Positions 30,832 to 40,271 of a stretch of DNA of 64,000 nucleotides are shown here, piece after piece. The notes beneath the pieces were generated by a model, which saw nothing but the letters and a program-made list of their open reading frames with translations, was not told the origin of the DNA and did no database searches. The stretch's first letter is position 1; each line of letters starts with the position of its first letter. This DNA comes from an uncultured Clostridium sp. (GTDB taxonomy: Bacteria; Bacillota; Clostridia; TANB77; CAG-508). The stretch is from contig CANTAQ010000001.1 of NCBI GenBank assembly GCA_947651825.1, positions 483,670 to 547,669 of the forward strand, given 5' to 3'. The position numbers were made by a program, and so were the translations under genes.

Positions 30832-31602
30832 TTATTCTTTATGTTGTATGCCATTAGTATCTATTGTATAATTTTCTTTATATATCAAATCTGATACTCT
30901 AACTACATTATAACCTTTTTCTTTTATATTTTCTATTATCATATTTAGACTATTTGCTGTATTCTCAGTTCCATTATGCATTAAAATTATACTTCCGTTT
31001 TCTAAATTAGGTTCTATCTTCTCCCACATTTGTTCTCCTGTTAGAGATTTATAATCTAAAGTGTCTATCGACCACTGAATTGTTGTATGTTTGTTCTCTT
31101 TTGCTGCTTGAATAACTGTATCGTTATATTCTCCATATGGTCCCCTATATAAAGTACTTGGAGTCCCTGTTATATTTTGTATCAAATCTGAACATTTTTT
31201 TATTTGTTCTACATTTTTATCATAACTCAAATTATTAACATGTGGATGATTATATGAATGATTTGCAAGTTCATGACCGGCTTCATGTATCTTTTTAGCC
31301 GCTTCTTCATTTTTTTCAATCCAATCTCCTACCATAAAAAATGTAACTTTTACATTTTGTTTTTTTAATGTTTCTAAAATTACATCTATATCATCTGCAT
31401 TCCATGCACAATTTATAGTCAATGCAACATTTGGTTCTTTAGTATCTACACTATATATGGGCAATTGTTTCTTTGTACTTGCTGTTTCTACTGTTTTATC
31501 AGGCATCTTTGCAAATAAAGTAGTCATTAAAAACAATGAAAAAACTGTACACACAGCAACAAATACTGAAATTATTTTGTCTTTATTAATAACAAAAAAC
31601 AT
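30832..31602 (-). CDS. Polysaccharide deacetylase (PdaB-like, sporulation)
   Basis: NodB motifs TFF, NHS..HP, RGPYG, IILMHN; N-terminal TM. Confidence 0.88.
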   Translation of the reverse strand: MFFVINKDKIISVFVAVCTVFSLFLMTTLFAKMPDKTVETASTKKQLPIYSVDTKEPNVALTINCAWNADDIDVILETLKKQNVKVTFFMVGDWIEKNEEAAKKIHEAGHELANHSYNHPHVNNLSYDKNVEQIKKCSDLIQNITGTPSTLYRGPYGEYNDTVIQAAKENKHTTIQWSIDTLDYKSLTGEQMWEKIEPNLENGSIILMHNGTENTANSLNMIIENIKEKGYNVVRVSDLIYKENYTIDTNGIQHKE

Positions 31603-31629
31603 AAAAAACCTCCTAAAATATGCTAATTA

Positions 31630-31657
31630 ATTATATGCATATATTAGGAAGTTTATG
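31630..31657 (-). promoter_or_regulatory. Sigma-E-like mother-cell promoter
   Basis: On the - strand: CATA-16 nt-CATATAAT upstream of the PdaB-like gene. Confidence 0.5.
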
Positions 31658-31665
31658 TTTATTTA

Positions 31666-32259
31666 TTATTTACTTTCAATATTACTTATTTCCTCGCTAT
31701 TTTTAGTTGAAGATGTTGCTGTTACTGTTTCTTCATAGTCTTCACTATACTTATCAAAAAGTTTTTTTGTAATTGGAATTGTAACTATACTAGCACCTAT
31801 CATAATTCCCCATATTGAATACCAGTCTTTTCTTGCTTTATCTGCAGCATCCTCTAAGACTTTATCTGTGTATGTAGTTCCATAAATAGATTTTGCCATT
31901 TTATACTCAGATGACTCTTTTACTTCTCCAACTTCTGATTTAACACAATACATAAAATATAATATTGACAAAAAGGCTATTGCAATTACTGCAATTATTA
32001 CATATTTACTATAAAATTCTTTCATGTTCTTCTTTACTATGTGTTTTCTACTTAATCCTATAGTTGTTAATATTACACCTATTATAATAGCTAAAGCCAT
32101 TGTTATTCCTCTTATTAATATAACATTTTCATAATCAGTTGCTTTAAATACTATGTCAGTTATTACTAAAGCAATAATTAATATTGCTATATAATTTGAG
32201 CAAAATCTTTTTACAAAAGTTCCTGGTTCAATTACCTCTCTATCTTTTGTCTTTTTCAT
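31666..32259 (-). CDS. Hypothetical membrane protein (4 TM)
   Basis: 197 aa ORF with GGGGG RBS and four hydrophobic segments. Confidence 0.7.
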   Translation of the reverse strand: MKKTKDREVIEPGTFVKRFCSNYIAILIIALVITDIVFKATDYENVILIRGITMALAIIIGVILTTIGLSRKHIVKKNMKEFYSKYVIIAVIAIAFLSILYFMYCVKSEVGEVKESSEYKMAKSIYGTTYTDKVLEDAADKARKDWYSIWGIMIGASIVTIPITKKLFDKYSEDYEETVTATSSTKNSEEISNIESK

Positions 32260-32347
32260 TTTAATATCCCCCCTTAAAATTTATTATATTATACACAATT
32301 ATACATAATTTTTCAATATAATATTCCAACTAATTTTTAAATTCTAA

Positions 32348-33040
32348 TTATCTTTTCAGTACTCTTAGCTCTTGTTTTTGCTTCTCTGTTATTCTATATG
32401 ATTCTATTGCCTTTTGTATAGCTTTATTATATGTCCATTTGTCCATGTTTGTATTTTTCAAATAGTCTAATGTTTGATCATAATATTTAATAAGTGCAAT
32501 TGATATTGCCCATGCTTTGGCCATTTTTGCATAGTATTTTTCACTTGTTATACTATCAAATATCTCAAAATCTTTTTTTAAATATTCATCTTCTATGTAG
32601 TATCCCAAAATCATTACTAAACCAAATCTGATTTCAAATTCTTTCTCTGATTTTAAATATTTCTGTATAAAATTCCATACCTTTTCTTTATTTTTACTTG
32701 TTATTTTTAGTCCCACACAAAAAACGTCACATACTGCCCAATTATCAATTTTGGGAACAAATTGTTCTATGTATTTTAATATCTTATCTATGTCCTCTTT
32801 TTTATTTAACCCTATTGATATTCCTTTTAACATTGTTTCCTCATAATATTCATCTTCTACTTCTTCTAAAATCTGTTTTAGTGTATATTCTTTGTTCATT
32901 TTTTTTGCATATTCTCGCAAATGCGGTATTCTTACTCCCATAATATTTTCCGTTCCAGGACATAATCCAGATTGAAAATTTCTATATTTCTCATCTGCCA
33001 TTTCTTTTATATCTTCTTTTACTTTTTTTCTTAATTCCAT
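32348..33040 (-). CDS. DNA alkylation repair protein (AlkD-like)
   Basis: GVRIP.LR, IDNWAVCD, YY..MA.AW, NKAIQK..ES.R. Confidence 0.88.
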   Translation of the reverse strand: MELRKKVKEDIKEMADEKYRNFQSGLCPGTENIMGVRIPHLREYAKKMNKEYTLKQILEEVEDEYYEETMLKGISIGLNKKEDIDKILKYIEQFVPKIDNWAVCDVFCVGLKITSKNKEKVWNFIQKYLKSEKEFEIRFGLVMILGYYIEDEYLKKDFEIFDSITSEKYYAKMAKAWAISIALIKYYDQTLDYLKNTNMDKWTYNKAIQKAIESYRITEKQKQELRVLKR

Positions 33041-33513
33041 ATTTTCTCCATCATATACATATTTTCTTTATTTAATTCCTTTCTATCATTTACATATTTA
33101 TAACCATTTTTTCTGTAAAATTCGCAACCTGTTATTGTTGCTGGAACAATTAACTTTTTCGCATTTATTTCTTTTGCATATTCTTCAACTTTTTTTATTA
33201 GTTTTGTGCCAATTCCCTTTTTATGATTTTCTGGTTTTACAAATACACTTAATATCCAATATTCTCCATCATCATTATACCAAGATTTGTCTATCCCTGC
33301 AGTTCCGACTATTGTTCCATTTTGTTTGGCAACATAGACTTTTGTTCTTTCTTTGAATTCTTCTTTTAATTTATCTTTTGTATAATATTTATTTATTAAC
33401 TTTTTGGCTTCTTCCTTTCCATAATCTTTTATATCAACTTCCATTATATTTCTTATAATCATATCAGAAATTTCTCCAATATCTTTTTCTTGATATTCTT
33501 CTATCTCTACCAT
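33031..33513 (-). CDS. GNAT N-acetyltransferase
   Basis: VFVKPENHKKGIG acetyl-CoA motif, FY.K.GY. Confidence 0.88.
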   Translation of the reverse strand: MVEIEEYQEKDIGEISDMIIRNIMEVDIKDYGKEEAKKLINKYYTKDKLKEEFKERTKVYVAKQNGTIVGTAGIDKSWYNDDGEYWILSVFVKPENHKKGIGTKLIKKVEEYAKEINAKKLIVPATITGCEFYRKNGYKYVNDRKELNKENMYMMEKIWN

Positions 33514-33676
33514 TTTATCCCTGCCTTTGATTCATTCTATACTCTATACTACTCATTGTCAATAACTTACATTAATTTACTAATAGTATGTCCTTGACTT
33601 AAATATTTATTATGTTATAATGTTGTTTCATATTATTTAATTTAAAACATAAAATCATTTTTATAGGAGGCCATTT

Positions 33677-34534
33677 ATGAATCGTTACGAAAGTGCAAAT
33701 AAAGCAGGAATTCTAGGAATCTTAGGTAATCTTTTTTTAGCTTTAATAAAAGGATTTGCTGGTTTTACGTTTAACAGCCAAGCTATGATTGCTGATAGTT
33801 TTAACAGTGCTGGAGATATTTTAAGTTCCTTATTTACGTTTATTGGCAATAAAATTTCAAGTAAACCTGGTGATAACGACCATAATTTTGGTCATGGAAA
33901 ATCTGAATACATATTTTCCTTTTTGATTAGTATTTCAATGATAATTGTATCAGCAAAGTTGTTGTTTGATTCAATAAGTTCATTAGTAAATCATAAGACA
34001 TTAGATTTTTCTATATTATTAGTTATTGTTTGTGTTATTACTATAATTGTAAAATTTGCTTTATTTTTATATACAAAATACCTTCTAAAAAAACAGCCCA
34101 ATATTCTGATAGAAGCAAATAATAAGGATCATTTTAATGACTGTATTATAACTTCTTGTACTTTAATTTCTATCCTATTTTCTCTTATAGGAATATTCTG
34201 GATAGATAGTATTGTTGGTATAATAATTTCATTTTATATATTCTATACTGGAATCAAGATTTTCTTTGAGAGTTACAATGTTTTAATGGACATTTCAATA
34301 GATGAAGATACTAAGAAAATTATACTAGATATTACAAATAAATATGAGGATATAAAAGAAGTTGAAAGCATTTATTCAACTCCTTCTGGATATAAATATA
34401 TTGTTATTATAACGATTTCTGTTGATGGCAACATGACTACTTTTAATAGTCATGCCCTAGCAGATAATTTAGAAAATGATATTAAAAGTTTGGATAAAGT
34501 TTCTAATGCTATTGTACATGTAAATCCAGTCTAA
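33677..34534 (+). CDS. Cation diffusion facilitator transporter
   Basis: S.AMIAD, P.D.DH.FGHGK.E, H..ND, HVNP. Confidence 0.9.
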   Translation: MNRYESANKAGILGILGNLFLALIKGFAGFTFNSQAMIADSFNSAGDILSSLFTFIGNKISSKPGDNDHNFGHGKSEYIFSFLISISMIIVSAKLLFDSISSLVNHKTLDFSILLVIVCVITIIVKFALFLYTKYLLKKQPNILIEANNKDHFNDCIITSCTLISILFSLIGIFWIDSIVGIIISFYIFYTGIKIFFESYNVLMDISIDEDTKKIILDITNKYEDIKEVESIYSTPSGYKYIVIITISVDGNMTTFNSHALADNLENDIKSLDKVSNAIVHVNPV

Positions 34535-36423
34535 TATCTTTTTACTCTTTTAAATTTAGTATGTATGTAGTCTTCCAACTTAACCATAAACTCATCTGGT
34601 GCTATTTCCTTCTTTGCCACCATATCTAATCCTTTTTCCCAACTTGCTGTTAGTTTTGGATTTAACATATCTGGCATTGAATTATTTACAACATCATATA
34701 TAGCTTCTCCCTTTTCTGTTGGAGTTATTATTTGTGTTTTTGCATTTATTTCTATATGTTTTATTTTTTCTAATTTTTTTATTATCTCAGCTCTTGTCGC
34801 ACTTGTACCTATTCCTGCTCCTTTTATTTGCTCTCTTAATTCCTCTTCTTCTATTAATTTTCCTGCATTCTCCATAGCTAAAATTATCGAACCTGAATTA
34901 TATCTAGTAGGTGGTGTTGTTTCTGACTCTTTTATCATAATGTCTTCTACATCTATTTCTTGTCCTTTTTTTAATTCTTTTAAAGTTTCATCTGTTCTGC
35001 TTTCTTCTTTTGATTTTAATACTTCTAAATATCCTACTTTCGTACATATTTTTTCATTTGCATAAAATGTTTCATTCTCAATATTTACAGTGACATTAAC
35101 TTTATTAAATTCTGCTGCTGGATAAAATATCGCTAAAAATCTTTTTACAATTACCCTATATATTTCTTTATGTAAATCTGGTAATTTAGCGTAATTTTCA
35201 AATCCCTGTCCTGTTGGAATTATAGCATAATGGTCTGTTATTTTACTATCATTTACATACTTTGTTTTTGCTAACCCACTTGTTGAATATTTTTCTGTAA
35301 CCATCTTTGTTATATATCCATTAATTTCTTCATCAGTCTTTAAATTTTTAGCCAATCCATTCAAATTTTTAGAAATTTCTTTGGCAACTGCTGTTGATAA
35401 AACTCTTGCATCTGTTCTAGGATATGTAACTAATTTCTTTTCATATAAGCCTTGTATTATTTCTAATGTTTCACTTGGCTTGATTTTAAATCTCTTAGTA
35501 CATTCATTTTGAATTTCAGCAAGATTAAAAAGAAGTGGTGCATTTTCTTTTTGTTTTGACTTTTTCATTTCTGTAATTATAGCTTTCTTCCCTTTTAATG
35601 TTTCTATAAATTGTTTTGCTTCTTCTTCTTTTTTTAATCCACTTTCATTATATAATTTAGGAGATTCATATAAAATAGATTTTTCGTTTACTTTCCATTC
35701 TCCTATAAAACTATTTTCTGCGCCAAAATTAGCATTTACTTTATAATATTTCGTTTTTACGAAATTACGTATTTCTCTTTCTCTTGAAACTATCATTCCA
35801 AGTACACATGTCATTACTCTACCTATTGATATTGATGCCTTTTCTTCATTTATTTTCTGTGCTAATTTTCTTCCATAAATTATACTTAATAATCGTGAAA
35901 AATTAATCCCTATTAAATAGTCTTCTTTTGCTCTTAAATAAGCAGAATCAGATAAACTATCATATTCTGATAAGTTTTTTGCTTCTTTTATTCCTCTCAA
36001 TATTTCTTCTTCAGTTTGTGAATCTATCCATACTCTCTTTTTTTCTTTATTTTCTACTCCTATCATTTGGTCTACTAATCTATATATATATTCTCCTTCT
36101 CTTCCAGAGTCAGTGCTTACATATACAGTATCTATGTCTTCCCTTGTAAGTAAGCCTTTTATAATTTCGAACTGTTTTTGTACATTTGGAATTACTTCAT
36201 ATTTAAATTCTTTAGGTATAAAAGGCAATGTTTCTAGCCTCCATAGTTTTAGTTTCTCATCATACTTTTCAGGATAAGACATTGTAACCAAATGACCAAC
36301 ACACCATGTTATAACCCACTCTTCATTTTCAATATATCCATTTTTTTTATTAGTTCCAACTTTCAAAACCTTTGCAAACTCCATTGCAACAGAAGGCTTC
36401 TCTGTTATTAACAGTTTCTTCAT
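34531..36423 (-). CDS. topB: DNA topoisomerase III (type IA)
   Basis: EKPSVA, W..GHL, D.GREGE, TYPRTD, GIGT.ATRA.II. Confidence 0.88.
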   Translation of the reverse strand: MKKLLITEKPSVAMEFAKVLKVGTNKKNGYIENEEWVITWCVGHLVTMSYPEKYDEKLKLWRLETLPFIPKEFKYEVIPNVQKQFEIIKGLLTREDIDTVYVSTDSGREGEYIYRLVDQMIGVENKEKKRVWIDSQTEEEILRGIKEAKNLSEYDSLSDSAYLRAKEDYLIGINFSRLLSIIYGRKLAQKINEEKASISIGRVMTCVLGMIVSREREIRNFVKTKYYKVNANFGAENSFIGEWKVNEKSILYESPKLYNESGLKKEEEAKQFIETLKGKKAIITEMKKSKQKENAPLLFNLAEIQNECTKRFKIKPSETLEIIQGLYEKKLVTYPRTDARVLSTAVAKEISKNLNGLAKNLKTDEEINGYITKMVTEKYSTSGLAKTKYVNDSKITDHYAIIPTGQGFENYAKLPDLHKEIYRVIVKRFLAIFYPAAEFNKVNVTVNIENETFYANEKICTKVGYLEVLKSKEESRTDETLKELKKGQEIDVEDIMIKESETTPPTRYNSGSIILAMENAGKLIEEEELREQIKGAGIGTSATRAEIIKKLEKIKHIEINAKTQIITPTEKGEAIYDVVNNSMPDMLNPKLTASWEKGLDMVAKKEIAPDEFMVKLEDYIHTKFKRVKRY

Positions 36424-36451
36424 TAATCTTCTCCTATTATTATATATAATT

Positions 36452-36534
36452 AAGTCTCTCCATGTAGATATTAACTAAAAAACAGCTAAATATGATTTTA
36501 CAAAAGTTAATATCCATCAAAATGGAGCAGACTT
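36452..36534 (-). promoter_or_regulatory. Long interrupted hairpin between ftsW and topB
   Basis: AAGTCT/AGACTT, CTCCAT/ATGGAG and GATATTAACT/AGTTAATATC nested inverted repeats. Confidence 0.55.
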
Positions 36535-36543
36535 TAATGAACT

Positions 36544-37701
36544 TTATATTTTGTTTGTTTGCCTTGAAATATTAAGTAATATTCCTACTAAACATAGAAG
36601 AATTACAAGTGATGAACCTCCATAACTAAAGAATGGAAGTGATATTCCTGTTACTGGCATTGATGAAGTTACAACTGCGATATTTATTATTGCTTGTGAA
36701 CCTATTAATGTTGTTATCCCTGTTGCAAGTAATGTTCCAAACATATCTGGGGCTTTCATTGCAATTATTATTCCCCTCCAAATAAATGCTGCAAATAGCA
36801 AAATTACTACTAAGCAACCAACAAAGCCTAATTCTTCTGCTAAAACTGCAAAGATGTAATCATTGTGAGGCATTGATATATACTGATATTTTTGATTGCT
36901 ATTTCCTAAACCTACTCCAAAAAGCCCTCCTGATCCTATTGCATATAATCCTTGTATAATTTGCCATCCTGTATCTGTAGGATCTGCCCATGGATCCATG
37001 AATGCCATTAATCTTTCTAATCTATATGCACCTATTCCAAACTTCTTTGCAAGAAAATATAACAAACCTCCTCCTGCAACTACTCCTGCACCTCCAAATA
37101 TAGCAAAATGTGAAAATTTACATCCTGCCATTATCATCATCACTGCAATTGTTATTATAATAATTGCTGATGCGCTAAGGTGTGATTGAATAAATAATAT
37201 AATTGCTATTGGTACTGCTAAAAAGCATAATGGTCTAAAAAATCCCTTTAGTAAGCTTCTCAAATCATCTTTTGTTTTAGTCAAATATGCTGCGAAAAAT
37301 ATAATCAAACCTAGTTTTGCTACTTCAGAAGGCTGAAGGCTACCAAAAACAGGTATTTTTATCCATCTTCTTGCACCATATGCTCCAAACCCCAAATTAG
37401 GAACAAGAACTAGTAGTAAAAGTACAATTGAACCAAAATATGCAAGTTTATAGAATCTTGCATATAATTTGTAATCTATTCTTGATATTATCAACATAGC
37501 TGTTATTCCTAATACCGCCGCTTTTGCTTGACTAAACACATATGTATAACTGCTAGAATCTTGGGATAATGCTAATGGTGAACTTGCTGAAAGTACCATA
37601 ATTATTCCCATACCAAGCAATAACAACACTATTATAAATAGTGCAAAATCAAATGGTCTTTTATTATAATTAGTTTTCTTTTTATTTAATTGCTTTCCCA
37701 T
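36544..37701 (-). CDS. ftsW: SEDS peptidoglycan glycosyltransferase FtsW/SpoVE
   Basis: GARRWI, QPSE.AK, IGSGG.FG.G, EE.GF, LPF.SYGGSS. Confidence 0.88.
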   Translation of the reverse strand: MGKQLNKKKTNYNKRPFDFALFIIVLLLLGMGIIMVLSASSPLALSQDSSSYTYVFSQAKAAVLGITAMLIISRIDYKLYARFYKLAYFGSIVLLLLVLVPNLGFGAYGARRWIKIPVFGSLQPSEVAKLGLIIFFAAYLTKTKDDLRSLLKGFFRPLCFLAVPIAIILFIQSHLSASAIIIITIAVMMIMAGCKFSHFAIFGGAGVVAGGGLLYFLAKKFGIGAYRLERLMAFMDPWADPTDTGWQIIQGLYAIGSGGLFGVGLGNSNQKYQYISMPHNDYIFAVLAEELGFVGCLVVILLFAAFIWRGIIIAMKAPDMFGTLLATGITTLIGSQAIINIAVVTSSMPVTGISLPFFSYGGSSLVILLCLVGILLNISRQTNKI

Positions 37702-37725
37702 TGTTTCCTCTCTTTTCTTTTCTGT

Positions 37726-38706
37726 TTATATAGAGCATAAGCCAATGATGCAAAGCATTAATGTAAATACGCAAAATATAGAAACCACTTTATTTTCCTT
37801 CCAACCAGATAGTTCAAAATGATGATGTAATGGTGCCATTTTAAATAGTCTCTTTCCACCAGTTCTCTTAAAATATAAAACTTGTAATACTACTGATATA
37901 GTTTCTAATACTGGTATTGCTGCAATTACTAGTAAAATTAAAGGCATTTGCAAATATAATGCTATTGCTGCAATTACTCCACCTAGTAATAGTGATCCTG
38001 TATCCCCCATAAATACTTTTGCTGTATTTAGATTAAATATCAAAAATCCTAAACATGCTCCTACAATTATACTACCAAATACTACAATTTCTTTTACATC
38101 TAAAATAATTGCAATAACTGTTAGGCATGTTGTTATTATTGCTGAAACACTAGTGCTCAATCCATCTATTCCATCTGTTAAATTTACTGCATTTGTTGTC
38201 GCTAACATGACAAAAATTGCAAAAGGTATATATATAATTGCAGGTAAAGCTAGCTGATATTTCAAAAAAGGAATTATCGTTATAGTATTTAAATTTACGC
38301 CTTTTAGTAAATATAACACATATAATACTGAAATTATAAGAAGTCCTAGCATTTTACTTGTTGGTTTTAGTCCTTTAGTATTTTTTAAAACTAATTTCTT
38401 GTAATCATCTATAAATCCTATAATACCAAAACCAATTGTTATTAATAATAACGGAAATAATTTTTTACCTACTTCAGGCTCTCTTGCAGAATAATATATA
38501 TATCCTCCTATTGTACCTATAATAATTCCCATTGCTATTATTATTCCACCCATTGTTGGAGTTCCTTTTTTTCCAAGATGGCTTTGTGGTCCATCTTCTC
38601 TTTCCATCTGTCCTACTTTAAATCGCCTTAATATAGGTATTATAAATATTGCTAGCATTACTGTTGCTATAAAAGAAACAAACAGTATTCTTGTTTGAAA
38701 ATACAA
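37726..38706 (-). CDS. mraY: Phospho-N-acetylmuramoyl-pentapeptide transferase
   Basis: TPTMGG, GFIDD, NAVNLTDG.DGL, FMGDTGS, APLHHHFE. Confidence 0.96.
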   Translation of the reverse strand: MYFQTRILFVSFIATVMLAIFIIPILRRFKVGQMEREDGPQSHLGKKGTPTMGGIIIAMGIIIGTIGGYIYYSAREPEVGKKLFPLLLITIGFGIIGFIDDYKKLVLKNTKGLKPTSKMLGLLIISVLYVLYLLKGVNLNTITIIPFLKYQLALPAIIYIPFAIFVMLATTNAVNLTDGIDGLSTSVSAIITTCLTVIAIILDVKEIVVFGSIIVGACLGFLIFNLNTAKVFMGDTGSLLLGGVIAAIALYLQMPLILLVIAAIPVLETISVVLQVLYFKRTGGKRLFKMAPLHHHFELSGWKENKVVSIFCVFTLMLCIIGLCSI

Positions 38707-40167
38707 TTATATTACCTCCTTTATTATTTCCCTTTCATCATAATGTCTTTTTTCTCCATTTATTTCTTGATATGTTTCATGTCCCTTTCCTGCTATTACA
38801 ATTATGTCATTTTTTGTTGCCATTTCTATAGCATGTTTTATTGCTTCTGTTCTATCAACTATGGTAATATATTTGCCTTTTGTTTTTACAGCTCCTGCTT
38901 CTATTTCTTTTACTATTGCTTCTGGTTCTTCTGTTCTTGGATTATCTGATGTAATTATCGAAAAATCTGCAATGCTTGTTGATATTTGCCCCATTATAGG
39001 TCTTTTAGCTTTATCTCTATCTCCCCCACATCCAAATACTGATATTACCTTACCTCTTGTATAGCTTTTTACAGCACTTAATATACTTTGCAAACTCTCT
39101 GGAGAATGTGCATAATCTATCATAATTACCAAATCTTTCTTATTTGGTACTAATTCACTTCTTCCTGGAACTCTTATATTTAATAAAGCTTCTTTTATTT
39201 CATCTGCTGTTACTCCAAATTCTGCTGCTACACAAATTGCTGCTAATGAATTATATACACTAAATCTTCCTGGTATTCCTGTTTTTATTCTTTCGTTTTT
39301 CCCATTAATTTTAACTTTGAAATCTACACTTGAATTAGTTATTGTTATATCTTTTGCAATATTATCTGCCTCATTATCTACTCCATAAGTTTTTACTTCC
39401 TTTTCAGGTAATTTCTTCAGTACCTTTCGAACATGGAAATCATCTGCATTAATAAAACTTTTCTGACTCATTTCTATTAATTTAAGTTTAGAATTAAAAT
39501 AATCTTCCATATCAGAATGTTCATTAGCACTTATATGATCTTCTGAAAAATTTGTAAATATTGCCAAATTGAAATCTATACCATCTACTCTATGTAACTT
39601 CAATGCTTGTGAAGAAACTTCCATAATTACAGTATCAATTTTTTCTTCTAGCATTTTGCTAAATAATCTTTGTAATTCTATACTTTCTGGTGTAGTTCTT
39701 GAACTTTCACCCAAGTCTCTTTCTCCTATATAGTTTGCAACTGTACCTATTAGTCCAACTTTCTGTCCGTGTTTTTCCAATATAGATTTAATCATAAATG
39801 TTGTCGTAGTTTTTCCTTTTGTTCCAGTTACTCCTATTATTTTCATTTTCTTTGAAGGATTTTTATAGAAATTACATGCTACTTTGGCTAATGCTATTCT
39901 TGTATTTGGTGCTACTATAATTGTTGTTTCATCAGTAAAATCTTGCTTATTTAATTTTGCATCTTCTTGTACCATTATTACTTTGGCACCATTTTCTATT
40001 GCCTTTTTTATATGTTCATGTCCATCTGCCTCAAATCCTCTTATAGCTATAAACATCCCACCTTGTTCTACTTTTCTTGAATCACATTCTATTGATTCTA
40101 TGTTTATATCTAAATTTCCTTTTGCTTTTAAGCCTTCTATCCCTGAAATAATAGCTTTTAATTCCAT
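38707..40167 (-). CDS. murE: UDP-MurNAc-dipeptide--meso-DAP ligase
   Basis: GVTGTKGKTT, TTPE, MEVSS, DYAH, FGCGGDRD, DNPR (DAP-specific). Confidence 0.95.
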   Translation of the reverse strand: MELKAIISGIEGLKAKGNLDINIESIECDSRKVEQGGMFIAIRGFEADGHEHIKKAIENGAKVIMVQEDAKLNKQDFTDETTIIVAPNTRIALAKVACNFYKNPSKKMKIIGVTGTKGKTTTTFMIKSILEKHGQKVGLIGTVANYIGERDLGESSRTTPESIELQRLFSKMLEEKIDTVIMEVSSQALKLHRVDGIDFNLAIFTNFSEDHISANEHSDMEDYFNSKLKLIEMSQKSFINADDFHVRKVLKKLPEKEVKTYGVDNEADNIAKDITITNSSVDFKVKINGKNERIKTGIPGRFSVYNSLAAICVAAEFGVTADEIKEALLNIRVPGRSELVPNKKDLVIMIDYAHSPESLQSILSAVKSYTRGKVISVFGCGGDRDKAKRPIMGQISTSIADFSIITSDNPRTEEPEAIVKEIEAGAVKTKGKYITIVDRTEAIKHAIEMATKNDIIVIAGKGHETYQEINGEKRHYDEREIIKEVI

Positions 40168-40271
40168 ATTTTATCCTCCACAACTTTATTCATATTACTT
40201 TTTCACCAGTTATATTATAATATTTTTTTTTCTATTTGTATAGTTTTTTTAGAAAAAAATATACATTTTGT

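Noticed and set aside
34531-34534. 4-nt convergent overlap of the CDF and topB stop codons
   Set aside because: Common compact arrangement with no evidence of regulation.
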